Of a stretch of DNA of 17,275 nucleotides, positions 7,509-17,275 are shown piece after piece. The notes under the pieces are model-generated. The model was not told the DNA's origin. It did no database searches and saw only the letters and a program-made list of their open reading frames with translations. Position numbers and translations under genes: made by a program. This DNA comes from Candidatus Zixiibacteriota bacterium. Its GTDB lineage: Bacteria; Zixibacteria; MSB-5A5; GN15; JAAZOE01. Every line of letters starts with the position of its first letter. Positions within the stretch are counted from its first letter, which is position 1. The stretch lies in contig JBDREQ010000016.1 of the NCBI GenBank assembly GCA_043819555.1, forward strand, positions 1-17,275. The letters run 5' to 3'.

Positions 7509-8048
7509 ATGCAAGATAACAAACAATCAAGATTAGCGTTTTTAATTATCCTGGGATTAATGATCATATCATTAAGCGTTTTGCCAACGCTTTCCGGGTG
7601 TGGGGGTGACAAGCCTACCAATACCCCCGATAAAATAATACCTCAGATTGAATTAACAAATTTATCAGAATGCAAGGATTCTTTTGATGAGAACGATTTA
7701 ACCGCAAGCGGTTCTGGTCAAATTTGTGTAGAGTTTATATATGATATCGCCGGAGTACTGTTCTTAAGGCACACAGATATGACCGCCAATTGTTGTGCCG
7801 ATAGTTTTTCGGTAGAGATAGATGTTGAAAATGGAATTATCACAATTGTTGAAAAAGAGATATTTTTGGTATCACCCTGTCATTGTGTTTGCCCTTACGA
7901 TATTGAAATGGAAATTAGGGATTTAGCTCCGGGAACTTATACAATCTCGATTATCGAACCTTATCAGCATCCCGGCTCTCCTGCGCTGGAATTTGGCATA
8001 ACCCTTGAAGTACCGGTTAGCGGACAATTTTGCATTTTTCGGGAATAG
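7509..8048 (+). CDS. Hypothetical Cys-rich lipoprotein
   Basis: Hydrophobic N-terminus ending in lipobox LSG-C31; acidic beta-rich domain with NCC and CHCVCPYD. Confidence 0.8.
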   Translation: MQDNKQSRLAFLIILGLMIISLSVLPTLSGCGGDKPTNTPDKIIPQIELTNLSECKDSFDENDLTASGSGQICVEFIYDIAGVLFLRHTDMTANCCADSFSVEIDVENGIITIVEKEIFLVSPCHCVCPYDIEMEIRDLAPGTYTISIIEPYQHPGSPALEFGITLEVPVSGQFCIFRE

Positions 8049-8094
8049 GCCGTTGAACGGATTTTTACTATTAGGTAACGACAGTGGCTCGGAT

Positions 8095-8925
8095 CTATAA
8101 TTTTACAAAATATTGTTCGGAGTGGATTTGCCCGTTGGGATTTTTGCGTGAGTGTTTTTCAAAGCCCTCACTTTTCAAAATTCCGGTAATTTCCTCAATC
8201 ATATAAGGATTTCCGCAAAGGAAAATATGAGTATTTTCCAGCGTCGGCTTCATTCCCCATTCTTTTTCAAGAATGCCATCAATCCATAATTTCTGGACGA
8301 ATCCTTTATGCCCGTTCCATGGAGTTTTTTCTTCATGGGCGTGCGATAGAGTTGGAAGATAAGAGAAATTTTCGCATACCGCGGACAAGGCCGAAAGTTC
8401 CGAATGATAGCCAAGATCGATTGAGTGATAAGCGCCATGAAAGACAGCGAAACGCCGTTTGAGGCCGCTTGACAATTCGGTGCGGATCATGCTCATGTAA
8501 GGTGCGACGCCGGTTCCGGTTGCGATTAAGACAGCGTTGAACTCGGGGGGGACTTCCTGCAGAGTAAACATTCCCCGAAAGGTCGTGGACATCCAGATTC
8601 TGTCATTGGGTTTTAATTCAATAAGGCGCGGGGAGAGAGAGCCGGTGTAAACCATTCCGATATATAATTCAAGATATTCTCTGGCAATTGAAGATGAGGC
8701 TATTGAATAAGCGCGCATGATTACTCGATCCGGATTTTTTGGCGAGCGTTCTTCGATATCGGCTCGTTCACAGCGGGGTGATGTCCCTGCCATACCCAGC
8801 GTTACATATTGGCCCGGCCTAAATTCGGAAAGTTCCCATCCATCAGGAACGATGCGCAGCTTGATTAAATCTTTGGTGATTTCAATTCTCTGGGTAATTA
8901 TCGCGTTCGGTTCTTTGTCCGACAT
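8095..8925 (-). CDS. fpr: Ferredoxin/flavodoxin--NADP+ reductase (bacterial FPR family)
   Basis: FRPGQY, RAYSIAS, GSLSPRL, ATGTGVAPY, FLCGNP and C-terminal EQYF motifs. Confidence 0.9.
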   Translation of the reverse strand: MSDKEPNAIITQRIEITKDLIKLRIVPDGWELSEFRPGQYVTLGMAGTSPRCERADIEERSPKNPDRVIMRAYSIASSSIAREYLELYIGMVYTGSLSPRLIELKPNDRIWMSTTFRGMFTLQEVPPEFNAVLIATGTGVAPYMSMIRTELSSGLKRRFAVFHGAYHSIDLGYHSELSALSAVCENFSYLPTLSHAHEEKTPWNGHKGFVQKLWIDGILEKEWGMKPTLENTHIFLCGNPYMIEEITGILKSEGFEKHSRKNPNGQIHSEQYFVKL

Positions 8926-9061
8926 TTATTCATGCCTTTTATTTATATTATTCGCGTTTTAAAAGTTGTTTTTCCATTTGGAAGCCTAATTTATAAAAGG
9001 GAGGAGAGTTTGTCCACAAATTATAGGGTGAAAATTTTGGGCAGGGTGAAAAACTCATTAG

Positions 9062-9095
9062 TCAGACAGGAGCCGGAATATCGGCTCCTGTTTGA
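9062..9095 (-). terminator. Strong hairpin downstream of the 9112-9951 gene, probable terminator
   Basis: TCAGACAGGAGCCG-GAATAT-CGGCTCCTGTTTGA, 14-bp stem with one non-Watson-Crick pair, 16 nt past the stop codon; U-tract is weak. Confidence 0.65.
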
Positions 9096-9111
9096 AAGCT
9101 ATCAAAGTTTA

Positions 9112-9951
9112 TTAATCGATTGCCTCACCGGAAACACTGTTGGGATCTATATTTGTTGGAGATGAATTAATTACTGTTCCATATGAAGTGGGATAAAAAG
9201 TCGCTAGTATATGAGTCCTATTTATACTTCCCGTAATACCGTTACCGCAATCAGCATTAAGATACCATTTATGGGTTCCTGCAGTTACGGATTGGGCTTT
9301 GACTATTGACATTGTATTGGTATATGATCCATCGGGGGCTGAATCCATACGCCAATATGCAAAATTATCAAAATCTATACCGGTAGCGGAGGAGCTAATG
9401 GATGCCCGCATATAGTCATCAGAGGTGGCATTTTTACTCATTTGGAAAAAACCCTGCGCGTGTACCACAACATATCCGTTTGATGGGACTGTTATGGAAA
9501 TTGAATCGACCGGTCTGAGTGTATTATTTAAATTGAAACCGGAATATCTAAATGCATGTGCAATTCCCGGAACCATTTGTGTTCTTAAGGCGTAGGGCGC
9601 TGAAGTCATAAGCTGGCGTGGTGACATTTCGGCGTCAGTTCCGGCTTTGATACCAATAAAACGCTGAGCGCCATTAAAAATGCCTGCATCCACGGGGCCG
9701 AGTTCGGCGGTAAAGAGACCGTTGGCATCAGGCGTTATATCTATCGTATCGGCAAAAAGATCGGTGCCGAGAGTTGCGGCATCGTAGATGGTGAAAATGA
9801 CCTGGGTGGTTGCCGTGATTGGAGCGCCGTCGGTATCGGTCAGCCGCCCTTGATACATAATAGTATTGGGTGCCTGAGCAATAGCAACCGGCGCAATAAC
9901 AAATAATATGGCAAAAAGAATCAAAATCCGAGAAAGTTTGATATGTCTCAT
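9112..9951 (-). CDS. Secreted protein with YQGRL...SAPYA N-terminal domain (fibre/adhesin-type)
   Basis: Start moved from 9990 to ATG 9951, which has SD AAGGAG. Signal peptide ends VAIA-QAP; then IMYQGRLTD...FTIYDA...GLFTAELG...EMSPRQLMTSAPYAL and a beta-rich C-terminal domain. Confidence 0.8.
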   Translation of the reverse strand: MRHIKLSRILILFAILFVIAPVAIAQAPNTIMYQGRLTDTDGAPITATTQVIFTIYDAATLGTDLFADTIDITPDANGLFTAELGPVDAGIFNGAQRFIGIKAGTDAEMSPRQLMTSAPYALRTQMVPGIAHAFRYSGFNLNNTLRPVDSISITVPSNGYVVVHAQGFFQMSKNATSDDYMRASISSSATGIDFDNFAYWRMDSAPDGSYTNTMSIVKAQSVTAGTHKWYLNADCGNGITGSINRTHILATFYPTSYGTVINSSPTNIDPNSVSGEAID

Positions 9952-10281
9952 TTTGTCTCCTTTATAAATTGCTAGTTTTTTGCCTCCCAAAAATCAAGCA
10001 GAAAAACGCGGTTTTTACTTGTACCCGGATTAATATTCAAAAATACTCAACAAGAATTCAACAAAAAAGTACGAAGAATTTTGAGGGCGGGTTTGAATTC
10101 GGAAGGAATTTGAAAACTTGAAATGCTCATTAAGAGACATCCGGAACTGGCATATTTGTGGGTCCATTATTTGAACATTACTGGTGGAAATGGAGGGAAA
10201 ATGTCTAAAAAAGTGACAATTGGCGAATATTGGCCGAAAATAGAAGTATATAGTCTGAATTTGAAAATGTGGGAGAATAAT

Positions 10282-11412
10282 ATGTCAGTTTTTATGGAAA
10301 TTATCGAGTGGATGGATCCTTCGGGCGAGGAAATGATTCATCGGATTCCTCAGGAAGGTTCGGCCGATTTTAAGCTGGGGGCGCAGCTTATTGTACGCGA
10401 CAGCCAGATGGCCATATTTTTCAAAAACGGCCATGCCGCCGATTCATTTACGACTGGACGGCATACGTTATCAACTCTCAATGTGCCGATCCTGACTCGA
10501 TTACTGGCTTTTCCTTATGGATTTGACTCGCCTTTCAGGGCGGAAGTGTATTTTGTAAATCTTAAAACGTTCACTAATTTGAAATGGGGCACCAGGCATC
10601 CGGTGACTTTCAGAGATTCCGGATTGGGTTTGATTCGTCTGCGCTGTCATGGCGCCTTTACGATGAAGATTACTGAGCCGGCTCTGTTTTTGAATTCAAT
10701 TGTCGGCCGTCAATCGCGGTATTCTACTGAAGAAATTCAGGATTATCTGCGCGATGTGATTATCGCGCGGATGAATGATATGCTTGGTGAAAAGCTTGAT
10801 TCAATTCTTGATCTGCCCGCGATTTATACCGAATTGGCCGAGGATTTCAAGGGAATCGTGTCTGATGAATTTGGTAAGTATGGCTTGGAATTGGTTGATT
10901 TCTATATATCATCGATCACCCCCCCGGAAGACGTTTCGAAAATGATCGACCAGCGATCCGGAATGGAAGCAGTGGGCGATCTTGATAAATTCCTGAAATT
11001 CGAAATAGCCAAGGGCCTGGGGACATCCGGCGGTCCGGCCGGGGCCGGGGCCGGCATTGGGATGGGAGCCGGGGTCGGTTTGATGGTACCCGGGATGATG
11101 CAAAAAGTGTTTTCTCCGGAACAGACCGAACTTCGCCGCGAACCGGTTCTGACGGTGACCTGCCCTGCCTGCCATACCGATACGCCGGAACAGTCGCGTT
11201 TTTGCTATCGGTGCGGTCATGCCATGATAAGGCTAAATATGTGTCCCAGTTGCGGTAACGAACTCCCTACTGAGGCGAGTTTTTGCATGAGCTGCGGACA
11301 TAAATTAAATGTCAATCCGAGCTGTCCTCATTGTTTGAAGGAGATAATTCCGGGTTCAAAGTACTGCGGCGAATGCGGTAAAAAGGTCATCGGAGATGAA
11401 GCAGCCAATTAG
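10282..11412 (+). CDS. SPFH/band-7 (YdjI-like) protein with C-terminal zinc ribbons
   Basis: Start moved from 10123 to ATG 10282, which has [42 protein letters not shown] and LKWGT motifs; Gly-rich [11 protein letters not shown]; six CxxC motifs. Confidence 0.9.
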   Translation: MSVFMEIIEWMDPSGEEMIHRIPQEGSADFKLGAQLIVRDSQMAIFFKNGHAADSFTTGRHTLSTLNVPILTRLLAFPYGFDSPFRAEVYFVNLKTFTNLKWGTRHPVTFRDSGLGLIRLRCHGAFTMKITEPALFLNSIVGRQSRYSTEEIQDYLRDVIIARMNDMLGEKLDSILDLPAIYTELAEDFKGIVSDEFGKYGLELVDFYISSITPPEDVSKMIDQRSGMEAVGDLDKFLKFEIAKGLGTSGGPAGAGAGIGMGAGVGLMVPGMMQKVFSPEQTELRREPVLTVTCPACHTDTPEQSRFCYRCGHAMIRLNMCPSCGNELPTEASFCMSCGHKLNVNPSCPHCLKEIIPGSKYCGECGKKVIGDEAAN

Positions 11413-12883
11413 AAAAACCGGATTTTATATAGGCGTCTCCTGTCCCGGATGCGGGGCGGATCTGGAATTGCAGAATGATTTTTTCTCAATTGAATGCTCC
11501 TTTTGCGGTTCAGTATTAAGATTGGAGATGCCAGAAACGTTTCCGATCTATTATGTCCCGATGAAAATGAAAAAGCGCGAGCTTCGATTTCAGGCTGATC
11601 GCTATCTCAGAAATGCCGGTTTGCCTTTGACCGGTGCGGATTTATCTTTTAGAGTCATTTATTATCCATACTGGAAAATCGACGCGGTTAAATTGCAGAT
11701 TAAAGCCAGGGAGACTGAATATTATTCCGGGAATTCAAACTCCAATATAATGACCACTCAACTTGATTATCATGGTGTCTTCGTTACCGGACGTGTTATT
11801 GGAAATTCATTAACAGCAAAACTATCGATTCCGGATGAAAAAAAATTAGTAGCGCATTTTTCGCCATATTCGACAACACGCATGGCGGCGAAGGAGATAT
11901 CCGGAATACCGTCATCTCTGGGTCAGCGCACCGATTATATAAAAATGTATCCGAAATCAGCCGAAGGTCATGATGATTCGGCTCAGTATTATCCGATTGA
12001 GAATTCCTGGGAGATGATAGAAAAACAATTCAGTGGTTCAGCAGGTATGAAAAAACATACCTGCGAGTTGGGAATGTTCCCTGAAACAAAACTTCTGTTT
12101 CCCGAAGGATCGATTGTATATTTTCCTTTCGCGATTTTTGAGCATACATCTCATGGGGATCGCCAAAGAATAGTCTGCGATGGAGTCGTTGGCAGGGTCC
12201 TGGCGATCATTAATCCCTCAGACGAGTTAACCAGCGAACATCAGGGTCAGACATCATTAATTGATTATGGTCAGGTTTTGATTAAAATGCATCGATGTAA
12301 GAATTGCGGAGCTGATCTTCCAGCGAACAGTTCCTCGGTTTATATATGCCGCAATTGTCGGATCGCGGTTTCTTTCGATAGTAATTTGACATTGAATGAA
12401 GGGATATTTCAGGTCAAAGAGCCAAACCCCGGCAAAAACAGGAATTTTCAATTGTTTCCCTTCTGGTCATTCCGGGGGCCCGGGGGATTAATAAATAATT
12501 TTGTGAAATCATATAATCAAAATGAAAATTGTGAAAACATTATTGTCCCGGCTTTTACTTTTTCCAACTTTGACGCTATGCGGCGTCTGACTAAAAGAGT
12601 CACAGCTTCAGGACAAACGTTGAACGTCGAAACGGTCAATGAATTGGATCGGCGTTTTTTGCCGGCAACAGTAGGCTTGCAGAAGGCGCATCGGATGGCC
12701 GAGATAACTCTATATTGTTCCCATGCAGCCGACAAACCAAATCTATCAATCGAAGATTTTACATTTGCGATAGAGGATTCACGGTTGATATATATTCCCT
12801 TCAGCTGTGAAAATTATTTCTACGTTTCGACAGTAAACAACGCGATTACTTTTGAAAAGGGCGCTTATCGCTCCCTATCATAG
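11396..12883 (+). CDS. Hypothetical zinc-ribbon protein (YdjG-like partner of the SPFH gene)
   Basis: Overlaps the upstream gene by 17 nt; CPGCGAD...CSFCGS and CKNCGAD...CRNC ribbons; YYPYW and LFPFW motifs. Confidence 0.8.
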   Translation: MKQPIRKTGFYIGVSCPGCGADLELQNDFFSIECSFCGSVLRLEMPETFPIYYVPMKMKKRELRFQADRYLRNAGLPLTGADLSFRVIYYPYWKIDAVKLQIKARETEYYSGNSNSNIMTTQLDYHGVFVTGRVIGNSLTAKLSIPDEKKLVAHFSPYSTTRMAAKEISGIPSSLGQRTDYIKMYPKSAEGHDDSAQYYPIENSWEMIEKQFSGSAGMKKHTCELGMFPETKLLFPEGSIVYFPFAIFEHTSHGDRQRIVCDGVVGRVLAIINPSDELTSEHQGQTSLIDYGQVLIKMHRCKNCGADLPANSSSVYICRNCRIAVSFDSNLTLNEGIFQVKEPNPGKNRNFQLFPFWSFRGPGGLINNFVKSYNQNENCENIIVPAFTFSNFDAMRRLTKRVTASGQTLNVETVNELDRRFLPATVGLQKAHRMAEITLYCSHAADKPNLSIEDFTFAIEDSRLIYIPFSCENYFYVSTVNNAITFEKGAYRSLS

Positions 12884-12990
12884 ATACTTTCCATTTGTTG
12901 ACTTTTTAATGGCTATGGATTAATTTCTCACAGGCCGTAATTACAAATAATTATTTTGAAAAGATATCTTTCCAACAGAGGATTAAATAT

Positions 12991-14997
12991 ATGTCAAAGA
13001 GAAAAATACGCCGTAAAATCGAGGCGGCTGAATTATTTAATATTGAACTTTTAACTTCAGCCAAAATATCACCTGATGAAAAGAGAATCGCGTATACAAC
13101 TGAAACCATGTCTGAAGATCGGCGCGAATACTATTCGAGGATTCATGTCGTTGATGTTGCATCCGGCAAATCCCGACAATATACTTTTGGAGAAATATAT
13201 GATCAAGGGGTAGCGTGGTCGCATGATGGAAAGACGTTGTCCTTTGTTTCTACCCGGAATAAAAAAACAGGTATATATTTGATGCCTGTTGAAGGAGGAG
13301 GCGAACAAAAACTTATTGAGCTGGATGGCGCTTTTTCGAATCTGAATTGGACGCCCGATGATAAAGAAATAGTTTTCCAGTTTCGTCTCAATGACTCACA
13401 TGACATTGAGGATGAAAAGAAAAAGAAAGAAGCGCCGGTTTTTCGACGCATTACACGATTATACTATCGATTAAACGGAACCGGATTTATTCCCCGTGAT
13501 AGATATCATATCTGGAAAATTAATATTGAAACCGGAAAAATGATTCAATTGACGAAAGGCAAGTATGATGACACAGGACCAGCGCTATCGCCCGACGGCA
13601 AAATGATTGCATTTGTATCAAATCGGTCAGGAAATCCTGATGTTGATATGCTGCGCGATGATATTTTTGTTATCCCGGTAAATGGAGGCAGTTTGAAGAA
13701 AATTCAAACCCCGGCTGGTCCCAAAACGGAATTGTCATTTTCGCCTGACGGTAAGAAATTGGCGTATGCGGGCCATACCAATCCGGATGATCCGTGGGGG
13801 GTAACTAATTTTCATTTGTGGACGGTGGGAGTTAACGAGAGGTCAAGGGCCAGGGATTTAATCCCCAAATTTGATCGTCAGGTAATGGATTCCACTATTG
13901 GGGATATGGGTGAGGCTTTTATGGTACCAATCCCGGTCTGGTCGCCAGATGGGAAGCGGATTTATTTTGCATCATCGGATACCGGCCAAACCAGTGTTTT
14001 TTATGTATCGGCCAAAGGCGGGCTGCCAACCCGGGTTACAAAAAAGAAATGCCATATAAAGGAATATTCATTCGGAAAAAGCTGCAAACAATTTGCGGCT
14101 GTATATTCAGATCAGAAGATCCCCGGTGAATTGCACATTATTCCCGCTGTTTATAATGGCGACAGCAGGTCAAGAACGTTAGCGGCTCCATCTCGGAGAC
14201 TCATGGCTGAATTAAAGGCGCCGGCCATCAAGGAAATTTGGTTTAAGGCTCAGGATGGAACCAGACTGCAGGGGTGGCTGGTGACACCACCCGAGTTAAA
14301 AAAACATCGGAAATATCCTGCCATTTTGGAGATACACGGCGGCCCCAGAACTCAGTATGGCTATACGTATTATTTTGAAATGCTTTATTTGGCGTCGCAG
14401 GGTTATGTTGTTTTTTATACCAATCCCCGAGGAGGAGCCGGCCGGGGAGAGACATTCGCCGGTACAATTGTCGGCGATTGGGGCTCGATTGATTACACGG
14501 ATTGTATGGCCGCGGCCGATTACCTTGCGAGTTTGCCATATGTGAACGCAAAAAAGATGGGGGTAACGGGCGGGTCATACGGCGGTTATATGACGAATTG
14601 GATAATCGGACAAACAAGCAGATTTCGGGCGGCCGTAACGCAAAGATCGGTAGTTGATTTAGGGAGTTTTTTTGGTACCTCGGATATGGGATACAGCCTT
14701 GACCGAGAGTTTCTTGGCACGCCGTGGACAGCCGAAGAAAACTATAAAAAATGTTCGCCTTTAACTTATGTCAGCAACATAAGGACACCTCTATTGATAA
14801 TTCATTCCGAGCAGGATCTGCGGTGTTCTATTGAACAAGCGGAACAATTGTTCGTAACCATGAAAATGATGAAGAAAACGGTTGAGTTTATTCGTTTTCC
14901 GGAAGAGTCTCATGGTTTATCGCGGCATGGCCGCCCCGACAGGCGAATCGCTCGCATGGAGTTGATTAGGAATTGGTTTGATAAATACTTAAAATGA
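12991..14997 (+). CDS. S9-family (S9C, acylaminoacyl/dipeptidyl aminopeptidase-like) peptidase
   Basis: Repeated (W/L/F)SPDGK beta-propeller motifs; IHGGP, nucleophile GGSYGG, EQDLRC and EESHGL; SD GAGG; no signal peptide. Confidence 0.95.
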   Translation: MSKRKIRRKIEAAELFNIELLTSAKISPDEKRIAYTTETMSEDRREYYSRIHVVDVASGKSRQYTFGEIYDQGVAWSHDGKTLSFVSTRNKKTGIYLMPVEGGGEQKLIELDGAFSNLNWTPDDKEIVFQFRLNDSHDIEDEKKKKEAPVFRRITRLYYRLNGTGFIPRDRYHIWKINIETGKMIQLTKGKYDDTGPALSPDGKMIAFVSNRSGNPDVDMLRDDIFVIPVNGGSLKKIQTPAGPKTELSFSPDGKKLAYAGHTNPDDPWGVTNFHLWTVGVNERSRARDLIPKFDRQVMDSTIGDMGEAFMVPIPVWSPDGKRIYFASSDTGQTSVFYVSAKGGLPTRVTKKKCHIKEYSFGKSCKQFAAVYSDQKIPGELHIIPAVYNGDSRSRTLAAPSRRLMAELKAPAIKEIWFKAQDGTRLQGWLVTPPELKKHRKYPAILEIHGGPRTQYGYTYYFEMLYLASQGYVVFYTNPRGGAGRGETFAGTIVGDWGSIDYTDCMAAADYLASLPYVNAKKMGVTGGSYGGYMTNWIIGQTSRFRAAVTQRSVVDLGSFFGTSDMGYSLDREFLGTPWTAEENYKKCSPLTYVSNIRTPLLIIHSEQDLRCSIEQAEQLFVTMKMMKKTVEFIRFPEESHGLSRHGRPDRRIARMELIRNWFDKYLK

Positions 14998-15001
14998 AAA
15001 T

Positions 15002-15390
15002 CTAAAAGCCGTGCTCAAGCAGTATTTTTTCAGCTTCTTCGCGAGTTTTTACAGTCTTGCTTATGGTTTTGGTTTCGCCCGCAGAGAACATTTTCTTCAA
15101 TTGAATTCTGGTAACGGGGTTGTCGATTACATAGATTGCCAGAGTGTTGCCATTTTTTTTGACCAGCGCATATGGTCTCCGATAATTCTATTTATGTCGG
15201 GGTATGAAGGTTTCCAGTTGGACAAATTGACGATTTTGGCCCATTTTTTACCAACCAGAGGAGCCGCCTCCTTAATATAATCTTCATGGTAATGCAAGGC
15301 CGTTTCTCGTTTCCAAACACCGTATATTTTCGAGACTACAATTCGGCGTTCAATATCAGCATCAATAACAAAATTCATGGAAAAAGACAT
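15002..15390 (-). pseudogene. Small STAS/SpoIIAA-like protein, frameshifted at an A8 run (129 aa if repaired)
   Basis: Frame 0 stops at 15127. Adding one A at 15153-15160 continues ...WSKKNGNTLAIYVIDNPVTRIQLKKMFSAGETKTISKTVKTREEAEKILLEHGF* to TAG at 15002. SD GGAG precedes ATG 15390. Confidence 0.75.
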
Positions 15391-15689
15391 TTATTTACTC
15401 CGCAATTCTATTTTTATTCAAATTGAGTGTTTTCACATTTATAATTTCAGGCAAGGGTGAGGAAAATTATTGCCTGATTACTTCCTCTAATGCCAGTCGA
15501 AAAGTCATATCTATTTATCGAGTTAGCCAGTTCGCGGGCGAAATCTCAAAAAATCTGTTGATTCCAAAGAGATAAATGGAATCAATCCACCAGTAATTTA
15601 TACGTAATTGAAAAAAAATCAATGAAAAAAGAATTAATTATGTTAAATAGATATAGTCTCACTTGTGAAAATCAACAGGTTATATTAGG

Positions 15690-15724
15690 AAAAAACGCCG
15701 TGCCGGGTCAATCCGGCACGGCGT
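15690..15724 (-). terminator. Intrinsic terminator of the dockerin-protein gene
   Basis: Minus strand ACGCCGTGCCGG-ATTGAC-CCGGCACGGCGT followed by TTTTT. Confidence 0.9.
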
Positions 15725-15782
15725 CTATCTTTCAAAGCTCAACTTATCCGGGGGAAATCAGATAATTGTTTCGCTTTTCTTT

Positions 15783-17275
15783 TTAGTCAATTTGACCGCA
15801 CTGAGGTGGCGGACCGCCTTTAAAGACAGCGGCAATGGAATAGACCGCGTCACCAACGTTGACCGCATTGTCATGGTTGGCGTCAGCCGCCGACTTACAT
15901 ACTGCCGCCGGACCGCCCTTAAAGACTGTGGCAATGGTAAAGACAGCGTCACCAACATTGAAACTGCCATCATTATTGGCGTCACCAGCAGTCACACAAC
16001 AGGTTGTTACAATTAAACCTTTCGCTGCCGCCCAGGCATAAGCCTTGTCAACTTCAGCCAGGAAATCGGTCTCACCGGTACGGCCGGTGATCATCGCAAA
16101 TGCAATCTCAATGGGTTCAGTCTCGGAAAGATTGAACTCACCAAAAGTGGCCAGCATGCACAGGTCAACGTAGATCGAATCCGGAGAGCCGGATGCCGCT
16201 ACCCAGGGAACCATACCTTCGGTCGTCAGCATCAGGTCATAAGTCGGACCGGTCGGTAATACGTCTGGCCAAGGACCGTTGCCCCACAGCCAAGTGTAAA
16301 CATCTAGTGTCATAGCGTTCTTGAAAGAAGGGTTGGTTTCGGTCGGCATGAAGCGAACACCGCCAAAACGGTCATCCTCCTGCTGCGCAACACCACACTC
16401 GGCCAGAGACTCGGCCTCACCATCATCGTCACTCTCCAGGCCCACCATATACATTAAGTTACGAGCCTCATTGGCGAAAGATGTGTTCAAGGCACCGCTG
16501 TCACCGGGAATGTCCCAGTCCCAAATATAACCGAGAGCGACATTGTTCTTGGCGCCCGAAGCGCTGGTAACATAAAGTTTCTGAATCGCAAATTCACAAG
16601 CGGTATCACCCTGAGGAATGTAATATTCCACGGTACCGTTGATAGTCGAATCAAAGGTTGTGAAATCGCCCGTGGCCATGATATAATCAGGATCACTTGT
16701 ATCATCTATGACAAGTTCGCCCATGGCGCGAGCGGTGCGCTCTTCAAAAGGGTCATTGGTAAAGATGTCAGTACACATCTGGACTTCGCCATCATCCCAG
16801 GCAAATACAATTGAACCTCCATAAAAGTAAGAATTTGCGGCAATGTTACTATTGAAAGTATCGCATTCGTCGATATAGTCGAGAGAACAGTCAAGAGCAC
16901 CATTTCCGACGGTGCGACCGGTATTCCATACTCTCAACTGCTTACAGGTGGTCGCGATTGTAGCGGTATCGGGAAGATAGAATTCAGAGGCTATCGTAAA
17001 GCAAACGGGAATTATTCGCGGACTATCATCAGAATCATGAGAAATAATGATAGTTCCTTCAATCGTTGCCGGATCGCCGACATCAGTCGGAGCTGTGAAA
17101 GTAAACTCGATATCCAGAGTATCGGCACGGCCGCCGGTAATTGTTCCCGATGAAGGATCGGCTGTAATCCAACCGTCACCCTGGTCATAAGTGGCAGTGA
17201 CATTAAAGTTGTTGTCCAATAAACCGGGATTGATACAGGTAATTGTTTCAGTAGTACTTTCACCCGGAGACGCGA
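15783..17275 (-). CDS. Large acidic, probably extracellular protein with a C-terminal dockerin-like domain (5' end outside the window)
   Basis: The frame stays open upstream of 17219 to the window edge (...ASPGESTTETITCINPGLLDNNF). Ig/BACON-like segment GWITADPSSGTI; C-terminal duplicated GDANNDGSFNVGDAV...FKGGP / ADANHDNAVNVGDAV...FKGGP. Confidence 0.9.
   Translation of the reverse strand, partial: ASPGESTTETITCINPGLLDNNFNVTATYDQGDGWITADPSSGTITGGRADTLDIEFTFTAPTDVGDPATIEGTIIISHDSDDSPRIIPVCFTIASEFYLPDTATIATTCKQLRVWNTGRTVGNGALDCSLDYIDECDTFNSNIAANSYFYGGSIVFAWDDGEVQMCTDIFTNDPFEERTARAMGELVIDDTSDPDYIMATGDFTTFDSTINGTVEYYIPQGDTACEFAIQKLYVTSASGAKNNVALGYIWDWDIPGDSGALNTSFANEARNLMYMVGLESDDDGEAESLAECGVAQQEDDRFGGVRFMPTETNPSFKNAMTLDVYTWLWGNGPWPDVLPTGPTYDLMLTTEGMVPWVAASGSPDSIYVDLCMLATFGEFNLSETEPIEIAFAMITGRTGETDFLAEVDKAYAWAAAKGLIVTTCCVTAGDANNDGSFNVGDAVFTIATVFKGGPAAVCKSAADANHDNAVNVGDAVYSIAAVFKGGPPPQCGQID

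Noticed and set aside
9010..9018. DnaA-box-like TTGTCCACA
   Set aside because: Single imperfect copy with no origin context.
10123..10281. N-terminal extension of the SPFH ORF in the track
   Set aside because: ATG 10282 has an SD and the family-like sequence begins there.
1666..17263. Remaining short track ORFs nested in or antisense to long genes
   Set aside because: Shadow ORFs with no independent motifs or ribosome-binding sites.

Overview
Bacterial chromosomal window with 11 intact or partial genes and one frameshifted gene. A C-terminal Cys-flanked dockerin-like repeat (GDAN.DG..NVGDAV....VFKGGP x2) suggests candidate phylum Zixibacteria (inference). Gene order: IS3-type orfA remnant; atypical NarL/LuxR response regulator; gdhA with a Rex/CRP-type palindrome upstream; an intergenic patch with GTAG-type REP-like palindromes and an IS481-like end; NimA/pyridoxamine-oxidase-like flavoprotein; 990-aa pseudoREC-REC-PPDK/PEPS ATP-grasp fusion; Cys-rich lipoprotein; ferredoxin-NADP reductase; secreted YQGRL...PYA fibre-type protein; SPFH-zinc-ribbon plus duplicated zinc-ribbon pair; S9 peptidase; small STAS/SpoIIAA-like gene broken at an A8 run; 3' part of a large dockerin-bearing protein. 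The best candidate for an undescribed system is the gdhA-linked receiver/ATP-grasp protein together with the non-phosphorylatable regulator and the putative Rex box. All calls come from reading motifs by eye; no database searches were run.
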